64,000 nucleotides of DNA from Candidatus Woesearchaeota archaeon (GTDB lineage Archaea; Nanobdellota; Nanobdellia; Pacearchaeales; UBA284). The first letter of the stretch is position 1. Every line of letters starts with the position of its first letter. The translations under genes and the position numbers were made by a program. Below, piece by piece: positions 45,990 to 55,572 of the stretch. Under the pieces are notes generated by a model. The model was not told the origin of the DNA. It worked only from the letters and a program-made list of their open reading frames with translations, and ran no database searches. The stretch lies in the NCBI GenBank assembly GCA_964354405.1, contig CAYGZP010000001.1, positions 210,879 through 274,878 on the forward strand. Reading direction: 5' to 3'.

Positions 45990-48707
45990 ATGAAAACCAA
46001 AAAAATAATTTTAATTTTAGCAATTTTTTCACTCGTGATTTTAATGATATTACCTTTAGTTTTAGCTGATGCCCTAGATGAAGCCAAAGCTTTAAATCAA
46101 AAAATAGTAGAATTATTAGGTGGCGGCAAAACAATGGGCGGCGAACCTGTAATTCCTGGCGGCGGCACAACAGCAGATAAATGTGCACAGTGGGGCGGGT
46201 TTAAAAAAACAATAGATAATAAATATCTTCCACTTCCAACCCCCCCTCAAACAAAAATTATTACTGAAGGTGACAAGGCATTTGAATGCATCAAGGGAAT
46301 GTTTCCTAATTTAGCAAACAACATTGTATGTTGCAAAGAAATAGCGATGCCTGCAGACACATGCAAACCAGCCGGAGGCACTTGCACTCCTAATGCATGC
46401 GATCCAAAAACAGAAACAGAAAAAACTGACTTGAAATGCCCGACAACAACTGACAAATGCTGCATCAAGAAAACTTGTGAAGAGCTCGACGGAACAAAAG
46501 TCACAAAAACAGACGAGCAAGATAAATGCAAGCAGCCGACACTCATAATCCAAGCAGGCGATGTTGGCGAGAAAGAGATATGCTGCGTTCCAAAAGAACC
46601 ATCGAGAGAAGCTCCAAAGAAGCCAGGAACCTTAGGGAGATTACAAGTCTGTATAGGAAGATACTGGTTGTGGGGCGTTGAGAAAGATACTGAATTTTTG
46701 GATAAAGCTTCAACAAGTTTAAGCGGAGTAAGTGGGATAGACAGCACTAAAACAAAGCTTAATGATCTTAAAACAAATTTCAAAAATTATAACTCAGCAC
46801 AGAAATCAGATAAAATTGATGAGATAAACACAGAACTTTTCAATGCAAGAAAGAAAGTTGTTGAAGGTAAGACAGGAGATACCCTAAAAACCGCCCAAGA
46901 ACAACAGCAAAAGATGGGCGAAGCCCAAGATTCTTTAGAGAAAGCTCGGGCAATTCACACAATGGCGTGGCCTGAGATTGCCGCGAATATTATGGCATGC
47001 GCTCTAGCAACATATAAGGCAGGAACTTTGTCTTTGCAAGGCGGCGATAATGAAATGGGCTCATGCAATGCCGAGCAGCCATTGAAAGGCACTGATTATT
47101 GTACATCATGCAATGAAGATCCTTTGAGATTATGCACTAGCGAGAGATGTTTGATGTTAGGCAATTGTATTCCTGTTCCGACATCAAAAGCAGACCAGTT
47201 TGCTTGCATTCCGGGCAAGTGTGAAGATACAGGAATTCCAATTTTCACAGAAGGAAAAGCAGAATGGTGGATTGACGGCACAATGAATGGCTCTCAAACC
47301 TTAGCTTTAAGCGGCGGCAACATAAGAGCATACTTGAATAGCGAGAAGCCGATTCCATTCAACACCAAGACAATTGTATTAAATGTCACGACAGACAAGC
47401 CAGCCCAATGCCGTTACATTGTTGATACGAGAGGCGCAAACTTCTCACAAATGCAAGATTTCGAGGAGAATTACTTCCCGACAAAAGCAGATGGCACTGG
47501 CTCATGGCAGCTCGCGCATGTCTCATTGCCAGGCGACATCGCCAGAAACGCCGAGCACAGAATATTTATCAAGTGCAAAAATGCTTGCGGAGTTGAGCCT
47601 TCAGGAAGTTATGATCAAAACATTGTTTCATTCAAGCTAGACAAGAAACCAGATCAACTGCCTCCTGAAATAGTTTATGTTGATCCTGCAAACAAGGCAA
47701 TGGTCAGAGATGACTTAGCGATACTCAACGCAAGCTTCTGGCTTGATGAAAAGGGCTCATGCAAGTTCAGCGACAAGTCAATCAACTTTACAATCCAGTA
47801 CACTGGTTCGGGGAATGTAATGATTCCATTTGGCAAAGTCAGTCCTAATCCTAAAGATTCGAGTGTTGTAGCAGGCGGATGCTACTTAGGCAAATGTCTT
47901 GACAGAAATGATTCATGCTCAAGATGCTGGCTCGCGATGGATTTGTCTAAAGGTTATGAATTAATTAATTTCAGCTCCAGCGAGTTCAACGAGACAAGGA
48001 TGTTCAACTTGCTCATAAGATGTAATGATGTCGCAGGAAATATTATGACTGAAGATAACATTTTAGATTACACTTTGATGACAGCTCCAGGTTATAATAT
48101 TTCAATTATAGAGCCAGAAGACGGCTCAAAGACTTATGAGCGCTCGCCAGAGATTGAAGTCACAAGTGATCCAAGATTGACAGAATGTCGATATAAGACT
48201 TACATAGGCTCAGGGCCAAAGACTCCTCCTGCATGGGATGAGATGTGGGCTATCGACGAAGAATTCGCAATATTGCATCAAGGCAAGCACAATGAAACCC
48301 TGAACGGCTCGAAAGAAGGAATGTTATACACAACGTGGGCAAGATGCCGCGACACCTGGCACATCGAAGCAACAGATTCAACAAGATTTTATGTATTGTT
48401 AGATGAGCAGAAACCAATAATCATCAGGATGTATCATGATATAACTGTAGGGGATTATCTTGTAATTGAAACAGATGAAGAGAGTGAATGTGTCTATGGA
48501 ACTTCAGACACAATAAAATGCGCTTACAATTTCTCCGACGGCAGCGCATTCACAACAAGCGACATGTACTTGCATGCAGCTTACTGGCAGTTAAGCAGTT
48601 TGTATTACATAAAGTGCAAAGACAAATGGAACAATTATCCTGGCAAGAGCAGCAATGCGAATCAGTGCACTGCGATTATCAACCCTTACGAAGTTCCTAT
48701 AATGTAA
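45990..48707 (+). CDS. Large secreted Cys-rich protein with Ig-like C-terminal domains
   Basis: Signal peptide; CC repeats; CNEDPLRLCTSERCLMLGNC; TTDKPAQCRY, YIKCKDKWNN. Confidence 0.78.
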   Translation: MKTKKIILILAIFSLVILMILPLVLADALDEAKALNQKIVELLGGGKTMGGEPVIPGGGTTADKCAQWGGFKKTIDNKYLPLPTPPQTKIITEGDKAFECIKGMFPNLANNIVCCKEIAMPADTCKPAGGTCTPNACDPKTETEKTDLKCPTTTDKCCIKKTCEELDGTKVTKTDEQDKCKQPTLIIQAGDVGEKEICCVPKEPSREAPKKPGTLGRLQVCIGRYWLWGVEKDTEFLDKASTSLSGVSGIDSTKTKLNDLKTNFKNYNSAQKSDKIDEINTELFNARKKVVEGKTGDTLKTAQEQQQKMGEAQDSLEKARAIHTMAWPEIAANIMACALATYKAGTLSLQGGDNEMGSCNAEQPLKGTDYCTSCNEDPLRLCTSERCLMLGNCIPVPTSKADQFACIPGKCEDTGIPIFTEGKAEWWIDGTMNGSQTLALSGGNIRAYLNSEKPIPFNTKTIVLNVTTDKPAQCRYIVDTRGANFSQMQDFEENYFPTKADGTGSWQLAHVSLPGDIARNAEHRIFIKCKNACGVEPSGSYDQNIVSFKLDKKPDQLPPEIVYVDPANKAMVRDDLAILNASFWLDEKGSCKFSDKSINFTIQYTGSGNVMIPFGKVSPNPKDSSVVAGGCYLGKCLDRNDSCSRCWLAMDLSKGYELINFSSSEFNETRMFNLLIRCNDVAGNIMTEDNILDYTLMTAPGYNISIIEPEDGSKTYERSPEIEVTSDPRLTECRYKTYIGSGPKTPPAWDEMWAIDEEFAILHQGKHNETLNGSKEGMLYTTWARCRDTWHIEATDSTRFYVLLDEQKPIIIRMYHDITVGDYLVIETDEESECVYGTSDTIKCAYNFSDGSAFTTSDMYLHAAYWQLSSLYYIKCKDKWNNYPGKSSNANQCTAIINPYEVPIM

Positions 48708-48761
48708 GTTGATAAAAGATAAACCTTTTTCTTGGAGAAATTGCGCTTGTCAACTGTTTTT

Positions 48762-49640
48762 TTATTTTTTGTAAACTGGCTGATATAGAAGATAATTGGG
48801 CTTGTTTTTCGAGACTTTCAGCGTTCTATTATATTCTGTGGCTTTCATGAACTCTTTTTTCAGTTTCTTGCCGACTTCTTTTGGCTCAGTGCCTTTCTTG
48901 AATTTTTCATAAAGCTCGCTTGTTGACTCGCCTTTTCTTCTCCTCTCGCGACCGATGAGCCTGTATAAGTTCAAGTAAGCAAAAGCCACAGAGTGAGCAA
49001 GTCTTCCATATTTCTTGTAGCCCCTGGAAGAGATAATAAATTTGCCTGATTTGAGAATTCCAAATCTCGCCTTGGCTTTTCTCCAAGCTCTTTCAACATA
49101 CTCGGAATCCTCGCCAAAAAATAATCTCTCATCAAAGCCTTTTATCTTGTCATGAATCTCCTTTTTCATAAAGAAACAACATTGGGCATAAGGCTTCCAT
49201 TTCTCGAAAAAATGCATCCATGAATTTCCAATAACCTCATGACAGAACTTTTCCCATATCGCCCCCTTGCAGACTGAATAACATGCCGCGGCATCCAAGT
49301 TTCTCTCGATAAATTCCTTCAAGGCTTTATCTAGGAAACCTTGCGGCAAGATAATATCAGCGTCGAGAAATAAGAGCAAAGGCGCGCTGGCTTTCCATGC
49401 GCCATAATTTCTTTGATAAGACTGCCCTTTTTTCTTCGGCAGGAAGATTCGCAGTTTTCTGATTCCACTTTTTCTTGCGACAGCAGCAGTTCTGTCTTTT
49501 GAATGCGCGTCTATCAAAAGAATCTCGGCATTAATGTTTCTCAAGTTGCCCTTGAGCGAGCTTAACAATTTTGGCAGGTCTCGCTCTTCATTGAGAGTTG
49601 GAATGATAATAGAAAGTTCAAGTTCTTTATTTCTTTTCAT
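48762..49640 (-). CDS. Glycosyltransferase family 2
   Basis: SIIIPTLNEE, QRNYGA, LLFLDAD, GFDE...GEDSE; start moved to 49640 (upstream overlaps tRNA-Trp). Confidence 0.92.
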   Translation of the reverse strand: MKRNKELELSIIIPTLNEERDLPKLLSSLKGNLRNINAEILLIDAHSKDRTAAVARKSGIRKLRIFLPKKKGQSYQRNYGAWKASAPLLLFLDADIILPQGFLDKALKEFIERNLDAAACYSVCKGAIWEKFCHEVIGNSWMHFFEKWKPYAQCCFFMKKEIHDKIKGFDERLFFGEDSEYVERAWRKAKARFGILKSGKFIISSRGYKKYGRLAHSVAFAYLNLYRLIGRERRRKGESTSELYEKFKKGTEPKEVGKKLKKEFMKATEYNRTLKVSKNKPNYLLYQPVYKK

Positions 49641-49661
49641 TTTGAATTTTTTGAGAGTACA

Positions 49662-49732
49662 TGGGACTGGAGGGATTCGAACCCCCAACCACTGCTCTGG
49701 AGGCAGTTATTTTACCATTGAACTACAGTCCC
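49662..49732 (-). tRNA. tRNA-Trp(CCA), intronless
   Basis: GGGACTG/CAGTCCC-A; anticodon arm ACTGC-CTCCAGA-GCAGT. Confidence 0.92.
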
Positions 49733-49771
49733 GCATAAAGAATAATCCACGAGGATTTTAAAACCTTATCA

Positions 49772-50071
49772 TTAAGCTTCTGTTTCACAGCTATATTCCA
49801 TCACTCCTTTTCTGTCTTTTACCACAAATACGTTTATAGGAACTCTGTATTTTTCTGAAAAATCTTGATAAGGTTTTAGATTAGGTTTAGTGTTTGTTTT
49901 GACTTGGAAGAAAGTTACAATTCCATCTTTAATATAAAATCCGTCAAATAATCCAAACAAATCTTTTGAGAATCTTGAATGGTGGATTATATGAACTAAG
50001 CATCCTTTCTTTTCTAAATATGCTCTCACTTTCTGTTGAGTTCTACGCATTTTTCTAATGTTATTTATCAT
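49772..50071 (-). CDS. Small PD-(D/E)XK nuclease (Hjc-like, possibly viral)
   Basis: YLEKKG...DLFGLFDG...FFQVKTN. Confidence 0.6.
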   Translation of the reverse strand: MINNIRKMRRTQQKVRAYLEKKGCLVHIIHHSRFSKDLFGLFDGFYIKDGIVTFFQVKTNTKPNLKPYQDFSEKYRVPINVFVVKDRKGVMEYSCETEA

Positions 50072-50183
50072 TTTATTATCTCCAATTTACAATTAGTCTC
50101 TTCAATCATGCCTGAGCCCCTTTTCTTGTTCATATTTCTTTCAACACAACAATCTATTTAAATTTTGTTTAGATGAAATTCTA

Positions 50184-50762
50184 ATGTGGGTTCATTTAAA
50201 ATATGACAATAAGGTTTTTCCGGAGCTTCTGAAAAATTATGAAACAGCAAAATTCGTGATGGAAGCGGACGCTTTGCTGAAATTTATAGATTATAGAGAA
50301 GTGGAAAGGAACAAGCAGAGATGCTTCGACAGCGCAGCTTACTGCTGTCTTTTGTTTAATCATGCGCAAAGATTGGCAGAAGAGAATAATTTACCTGCGA
50401 TTTTTGATTATTGCGAGAAAAGGCACAAACAGGCAAAAGACCTCAGGACAGTTCTTGCCCCTCATGTATGCAAAATAACTAAAGAAGATTTGCTTGGGGA
50501 GTTTGGAGCGCGAAAAACATCAATAAGAAATCCAATCATAAACAAAATCACAGGCCCTGCACAAAATGAAGATGATAAAAATGATGTTATTTTGAAAACA
50601 ATAAATGAGACAGTTATGAAAAAAGACATCAATTACTGTAAGGCGATTATTAAAGACGTCAGAAATTATTATTCAAGAAAAAATATGATTCTCCCCGAAG
50701 AGATTTTTATGAAAATTTCTGAGCTTGAGAAACTTGCTATAAATCTTGGGGAAGAATTGTAG
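50184..50762 (+). CDS. Hypothetical protein
   Basis: 192-aa ORF with TATA-like TTTAAATT ~28 nt upstream. Confidence 0.6.
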   Translation: MWVHLKYDNKVFPELLKNYETAKFVMEADALLKFIDYREVERNKQRCFDSAAYCCLLFNHAQRLAEENNLPAIFDYCEKRHKQAKDLRTVLAPHVCKITKEDLLGEFGARKTSIRNPIINKITGPAQNEDDKNDVILKTINETVMKKDINYCKAIIKDVRNYYSRKNMILPEEIFMKISELEKLAINLGEEL

Positions 50763-50904
50763 TTCTGTGATTTGCCTTAGCGCGCTCGCTCGCCTCTTTC
50801 AATAGCGCTTCAATTTTCTTGTTCAAAGCTTCTGCGAGCTCTACAGAAACCCGCATATCTTTCACAACATCTTTTATTTTTGATTTTACAATAAGTTCAA
50901 CCAT
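50737..50904 (-). CDS. Short histone-fold protein (truncated alpha3; DUF1931/FtF-like)
   Basis: Hand translation MVELIVKSKIKDVVKDMRVSVELAEALNKKIEALLKEASERAKANHRTTILPQDL (55 aa). Confidence 0.85.
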   Translation of the reverse strand: MVELIVKSKIKDVVKDMRVSVELAEALNKKIEALLKEASERAKANHRTTILPQDL

Positions 50905-50946
50905 TTTTCAAAATTAAATTAAAATATTAAACTCCTCAACCTTTTC

Positions 50947-51111
50947 TTAGATCTTTGGTTTTTCCTTGCCAACAATCTTGAACATGTTTGTTCCGCAAAC
51001 AGTGCATTTGCCCTTAACAGCCCATGTTCCTTTCTTGATTTCCACTGCTGCAGGTTCTTTCATCTTTCTTTTGTCCTTGCAACGCATACACCTGCCCTCG
51101 AATTCCGCCAT
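50947..51111 (-). CDS. Small Zn-ribbon protein (DUF5679-like)
   Basis: Hand translation MAEFEGRCMRCKDKRKMKEPAAVEIKKGTWAVKGKCTVCGTNMFKIVGKEKPKI; GGAGGT upstream. Confidence 0.8.
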   Translation of the reverse strand: MAEFEGRCMRCKDKRKMKEPAAVEIKKGTWAVKGKCTVCGTNMFKIVGKEKPKI

Positions 51112-51215
51112 TTTTTTACCTCCCTTGAATTTATTATGTCAATTTCGTCGATAATGACAACATAATGTCAGTTTTTATATTTATAAATCTTACTTCTCCT
51201 AATCTTTTGTTTTTC

Positions 51216-52688
51216 TTACTTCTCAGGTTTCATGAATGGAAACAAGATAACATCGCGGATGCTCGGAGAGTTTGTCAATAACATTGTTAATCTGTCAATT
51301 CCGATTCCTAATCCTGAAGCAGGAGGCATTCCATATTGCGATGCTCGCAGAAAGTCCAAGTCTAATCTCTGTTCCTCGCTCGCGCCTTTCTTAAAAGCCT
51401 CTTCAGTTTTTTTCCAGTATTGTTCGAGGTTGGCAGGATCATTTTCCTCGCTGTAACTGTTGCCGAGCTCCCATGCATTGATGTATGGTTCGAAGCGCTC
51501 AGCGAACCTTGGATCATCGTCTTTTGCTTTTGCCAATCCACTCACAGAAGCAGGAAAGTCATAAACAATTGTTGGCTGAATTAACTGGGATTCAACTTTT
51601 TCCTCAAAAACTCTATTAAGAATTTCGCCCCAGTTGCTCGCGCCAGAAACATCAACTTTGAGTTTCAATGCTAACTTTCGCGCAGCATTTTCATTCTCTG
51701 TATCAAAATCTTCTTTTGTATATTTTTTCAAGGCTTCCAAGAAACTTAGCTCTTGCCATTTCCCAAAGTCAATCTTCGCACCTTGATATTCAATTTTTGT
51801 TGTTCCAAGAACTTTCTTCGCTATGAATTGTATCATTTCTTCGCAGAATTTGATATTATCTTTGTAGTTGGCATAAGCCCACATTGTCTCCATTTGCAAG
51901 AACTCTGGATTGTGTATTTTGTCAATGCCCTCATTCCTGAAATCAGGAGAGAACTCAAAAATCTTCTCATAACCGCCGACTAAAAGTCTCTTTAGATAAA
52001 GTTCGTTGCTTATTCTCAAATATAATTTCATGTCTAACGCGTTCAACTTGCTCTCGAACGGCTTTGCATTCGTGCCCCCGTAAATTGGCTGCAAAATAGG
52101 AGTTTCAACCTCAATAAAGCCTTGTGATTTCAAGAATTCTCGTGTGGCTTCAACAACCTTCGAGCGCTTCAAGAAAACCTCCTTGACTTCTGGATTCATA
52201 ATCAAGTCAACATATCTCTTTCGATAGCGTTCTTCTTTATCCTGCAATCCGTGCCATTTTTCAGGCAACGGCAGAATCGCTTTAGTTAAAATCTCGATTT
52301 TCTTTACAAGTATTGTAATCTCGCCGCGCAAAGTTTTGAAAACCAAGCCTTCTACTCCAATGATATCTCCCATATCAATATATTTTTTGAAAAATTCACA
52401 CAAGTCTTTTCCACTTTCTCTTTCTTCAATGCATAATTGAACGCGGCCTGTGAAATCCTGAAGATGCGCGAAGTTAATCTTTCCATGAACTCTCACAGTC
52501 ACAGCTCTTCCTGCAACAACAACTTTGTCTTTAGTCTTCTCGCCTGGCTTTAATTTGCTATATTTTTCATGCAACTCAGAAGCATAGTTCTTTTTCTCAA
52601 ATCTGTGTTTGTAAGGCTCTTCGCCCTGCTTCTTCAATTCAGCGATCTTTTTTTCTCGCTCTTTTTTGATTTCCTCTTCTCTTGTCAT
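51216..52688 (-). CDS. lysS: Lysine--tRNA ligase, class II
   Basis: LPEKWHGL, RYRKRYVDLI, YLRISNELYLKRL, FRNEG...HNPEF, GMPPASGLGIGIDRL. Confidence 0.96.
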   Translation of the reverse strand: MTREEEIKKEREKKIAELKKQGEEPYKHRFEKKNYASELHEKYSKLKPGEKTKDKVVVAGRAVTVRVHGKINFAHLQDFTGRVQLCIEERESGKDLCEFFKKYIDMGDIIGVEGLVFKTLRGEITILVKKIEILTKAILPLPEKWHGLQDKEERYRKRYVDLIMNPEVKEVFLKRSKVVEATREFLKSQGFIEVETPILQPIYGGTNAKPFESKLNALDMKLYLRISNELYLKRLLVGGYEKIFEFSPDFRNEGIDKIHNPEFLQMETMWAYANYKDNIKFCEEMIQFIAKKVLGTTKIEYQGAKIDFGKWQELSFLEALKKYTKEDFDTENENAARKLALKLKVDVSGASNWGEILNRVFEEKVESQLIQPTIVYDFPASVSGLAKAKDDDPRFAERFEPYINAWELGNSYSEENDPANLEQYWKKTEEAFKKGASEEQRLDLDFLRASQYGMPPASGLGIGIDRLTMLLTNSPSIRDVILFPFMKPEK

Positions 52689-52799
52689 GTTCTTACTCTA
52701 TTTCAAAGTCAAGGCAGTTTAAAAATTTAATCATATAACCCCAAAATTAATACCATTAATAATAACAATCTTTTTAAATTCTTTAATGTATAGATTAGT

Positions 52800-53410
52800 A
52801 TGGGATTAGGCAAACTTTTTACAATTCTGACACTTTTTACAATTTGTTCTTATAAAGCCTCTGCCGGTGAGATTAATATTGAAAATTATACTGAAACAAA
52901 TATCACAAATAAGGATGAAATTAAAGAATTACTGCCTCCAAACCACATATCTTATAAAACAGGCGGGACTAATGTTTGGTCGAGATTAACATTGTATGAA
53001 GAACGCGGGAATTTTAGAGGAGTCTTGACAGATCATGTGAAAAATACAGTGGATACTCTTGAAAATGTGGGGATTTACGATGTTTTGGGCAGAATTGGTT
53101 CTTTAGCCGGGCCTGCCATTAGAATTGAAGTGGCAAAACATAAACATCTTAAAATTAAAAGAAATGATGCAGAATACGAAATCCCCTTCGATAAAATAAA
53201 GAGTTATCTTTTAAAAAAGAAAGCAAATGGGAATGAAAAGGATCTGATTTTTATCGAATTGTTGGATGGCAAAAAATAGAGGCAGAATATGTTCCTTATA
53301 ACGGAGATTGCATTACTGGTACAGTATATTTTTTAGACATGAAAAGCACATTAAATAAACCTACAGGTGGTTATGGCAGAAAACTTGAATTAAAATTACT
53401 ACATGATTAA
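52800..53410 (+). CDS. Secreted hypothetical protein, probably frameshifted at A6 (53271-53276)
   Basis: Track ORF stops at 53279; one extra A continues ...DGKKIEAEYVPY... to TAA 53410. Confidence 0.5.
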
Positions 53411-53417
53411 GTGTTGA

Positions 53418-54227
53418 TCAAATCACTCGCTCGGGCTTCATCACATAAATTTCTTGTTTTTTTATCTCGTGAGAACTGTAAAATGGCTTGACTAGCGCGA
53501 TAACTTCCTTGCCGCAGAAAGCCGCGACAATCTGCTCTTTCTCAAAAGCTCCTTTTATCTTTTTAATATCCTGAGCATGTAGAAATTTGCCCTGTCTTAA
53601 TTTATCTCGAGCTTCTTTTGTTATATAGACAACAGGAGAAACCTTGACAATCAGCTTTTCAGCATCGATAATATCTTTTTTGCTTAACTTTTCCATCGAG
53701 ATTACTTGTTTTATGGTGAAAGGCCCCTGCTTGATTCTTCTGAGCCAAGTCATATGCGCCCCTATTCCAAGTTCCTTGCCCAAATCATCCATTAATTTTC
53801 TGATGTAAGTCCCTTTCTCGCAATGCACTCGAAATTCAAAATCTCTCGCGTTTTTCTTCAAAACTTTAAACTCATATATCTCACGCTCTCGCTCAACTCT
53901 CAAGACTCTTGATTTTTTAGGAGGCGTTTGTTTGATTTTCCCCAAGAACTTTTCTTTGATTGCCTGTCTCAGTTTTTGCAATGAGACATCTTTATGCAAA
54001 TGCGCCTTTCCCTCATAGATTTTGTCTAATTTGTCAAATAATGGCATGAGTTTAGTAGCTTTTTCAAGAGCGACGAGCAAAACCCCGGTCACATTAGGGT
54101 CTAAAGTTCCTGCATGCCCCGCCTTTTCCATTCCGAGTTTAACGCGAACAGCATCACAAGCCTCGAAACTCGTCATGCCAACAGGCTTGTCTAATATAAT
54201 GAACCCTTTTTTAAGCATGTAATACAT
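53418..54227 (-). CDS. cbf5: tRNA/rRNA pseudouridine synthase Cbf5/TruB
   Basis: LDKPVGMTS, GHAGTLDPNVTGVL, CEKGTYIRKL, PUA-like C-terminus. Confidence 0.93.
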   Translation of the reverse strand: MYYMLKKGFIILDKPVGMTSFEACDAVRVKLGMEKAGHAGTLDPNVTGVLLVALEKATKLMPLFDKLDKIYEGKAHLHKDVSLQKLRQAIKEKFLGKIKQTPPKKSRVLRVEREREIYEFKVLKKNARDFEFRVHCEKGTYIRKLMDDLGKELGIGAHMTWLRRIKQGPFTIKQVISMEKLSKKDIIDAEKLIVKVSPVVYITKEARDKLRQGKFLHAQDIKKIKGAFEKEQIVAAFCGKEVIALVKPFYSSHEIKKQEIYVMKPERVI

Positions 54228-54286
54228 AACGAAAATTTTTTTAAATACTTTGTGGCTATAGCTTTGAAGTTCAGGTTAAATGGAAA

Positions 54287-54685
54287 ATGATACAGGAAAC
54301 TGAAGAGACTCTATATCTTAAATTTTATTTTCAACAATACCATATCGATTCGATAGCAATTATAGGCGGGGCCCCCAAAAAGAATTATGATAGTTTAAAA
54401 CAAGTTCTTGGCTTGGATGAAATTTATCATGTCCCTTATGAACAAAAAGAAATTAAAAAAAGCAGCAAGAAGATATATGAATTTATAAAATTAGCAAAAC
54501 TCGTTATAACTGTTATTCCGAGACATTATGAAGTGGACTATTATCTCAAAGAGGCTTTGAAAGAGCATCGTAAGCCTCTTGTTCATACAAGGAGGGGAGA
54601 TGGTAATGCCCATATACTTATAAGTTTGTATGAAAAACGAGCAAATTTAGAAAGAATTCTTAAACAAGGTTATGGAGAAATCTAA
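54287..54685 (+). CDS. Hypothetical protein
   Basis: 132-aa ORF, IAIIGG; no family assigned. Confidence 0.5.
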   Translation: MIQETEETLYLKFYFQQYHIDSIAIIGGAPKKNYDSLKQVLGLDEIYHVPYEQKEIKKSSKKIYEFIKLAKLVITVIPRHYEVDYYLKEALKEHRKPLVHTRRGDGNAHILISLYEKRANLERILKQGYGEI

Positions 54686-54707
54686 TTTTTGATTAATCTT
54701 TTTCTTT

Positions 54708-55283
54708 TTACTTATCTAGAACCATTCTTTTCATCTCTTGTCTTTCTTTGTGCTGCTGAGGAGCCATTATCTTTCCTTTTTCCTTCGCGATTTCCTTGTG
54801 AAGAAGTTTTTCTTTATCTTTCTTCTCTTTTTCTTCAATCTTCTCTTCCTCGCTCTTCTCCTCTTTTACTTCTTTCTTCTCCTCTTTCTTTTTCTTCTCG
54901 CGCTCTTTGGCTCGCTCTTCCTCTTTTTTCTTTGCTTTTTCTATCTTCTTCTTCAACTTTGCTTCATCTGCCTTGAATTTTGGAGGCAATCCTACAAATT
55001 CGGCTTTGACAATTCCCTCTGAGTCTTTTATAGCTTTAACAGTTATCTTGTGCGCAGGCTTTCTGATTCCTCTCATCCATATCGCGCGATTAATCCAGGG
55101 GTCAATCTTGATTTTGTCCATGTCGCGATTCTCAACTTTCATATGTTTCGCCAAGAATTCTTTGATAGCGCGCATGGCTTTCTTCGCTCTTTTGTATCTT
55201 GGAGCCTTGAGCCACTCGCTTCTTAATGGAATTACATAGACTCTTTCCAAAACTTTTTTTGTTTCCTTGCTTTCCTTCGCCAT
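54708..55283 (-). CDS. rpl31e: 50S ribosomal protein L31e with charged C-terminal extension
   Basis: ERVYVIPLR...KRAKKAMRAIKEFLAKHMK...IWMRGI. Confidence 0.94.
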   Translation of the reverse strand: MAKESKETKKVLERVYVIPLRSEWLKAPRYKRAKKAMRAIKEFLAKHMKVENRDMDKIKIDPWINRAIWMRGIRKPAHKITVKAIKDSEGIVKAEFVGLPPKFKADEAKLKKKIEKAKKKEEERAKEREKKKKEEKKEVKEEKSEEEKIEEKEKKDKEKLLHKEIAKEKGKIMAPQQHKERQEMKRMVLDK

Positions 55284-55307
55284 TTTTATTTTTTTCTTTA
55301 TCTTACA

Positions 55308-55538
55308 TTAATATTTTTTCTTAATTCTTCCTGATTTTACCCTGTGGAATCCGTGTTTCTTGATTCTGGTTTTTATCGCGGTTCTTCGCCATGATCTTTT
55401 GACTCGTGTTAATCTTGAAGGGTGAACTCTTTTTCCTCTGCCTAGAGATTTAGGGATGACCCAGAAAGGCGCCCATTTTGTCCTTTTCTGCAGCTTTCCT
55501 AATCGCAGTTTTTTTGTGATTGTTTTATATCTTGCCAT
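55308..55538 (-). CDS. rpl39e: 50S ribosomal protein L39e
   Basis: KKLRLGK...APFWV...RSWRRT; between rps19e and rpl31e. Confidence 0.85.
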   Translation of the reverse strand: MARYKTITKKLRLGKLQKRTKWAPFWVIPKSLGRGKRVHPSRLTRVKRSWRRTAIKTRIKKHGFHRVKSGRIKKKY

Positions 55539-55572
55539 TTTTTTTGTTAATTATTATTTGATTATAATTTCT

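Noticed and set aside
21766..48707. Second DGR target among the surface proteins
   Set aside because: No TR-like segment noticed by eye; a computational TR search allowing A mismatches is needed to exclude it fully
49641..49688. Track start of the GT2 ORF
   Set aside because: Lies inside tRNA-Trp; ATG at 49640 is preferred
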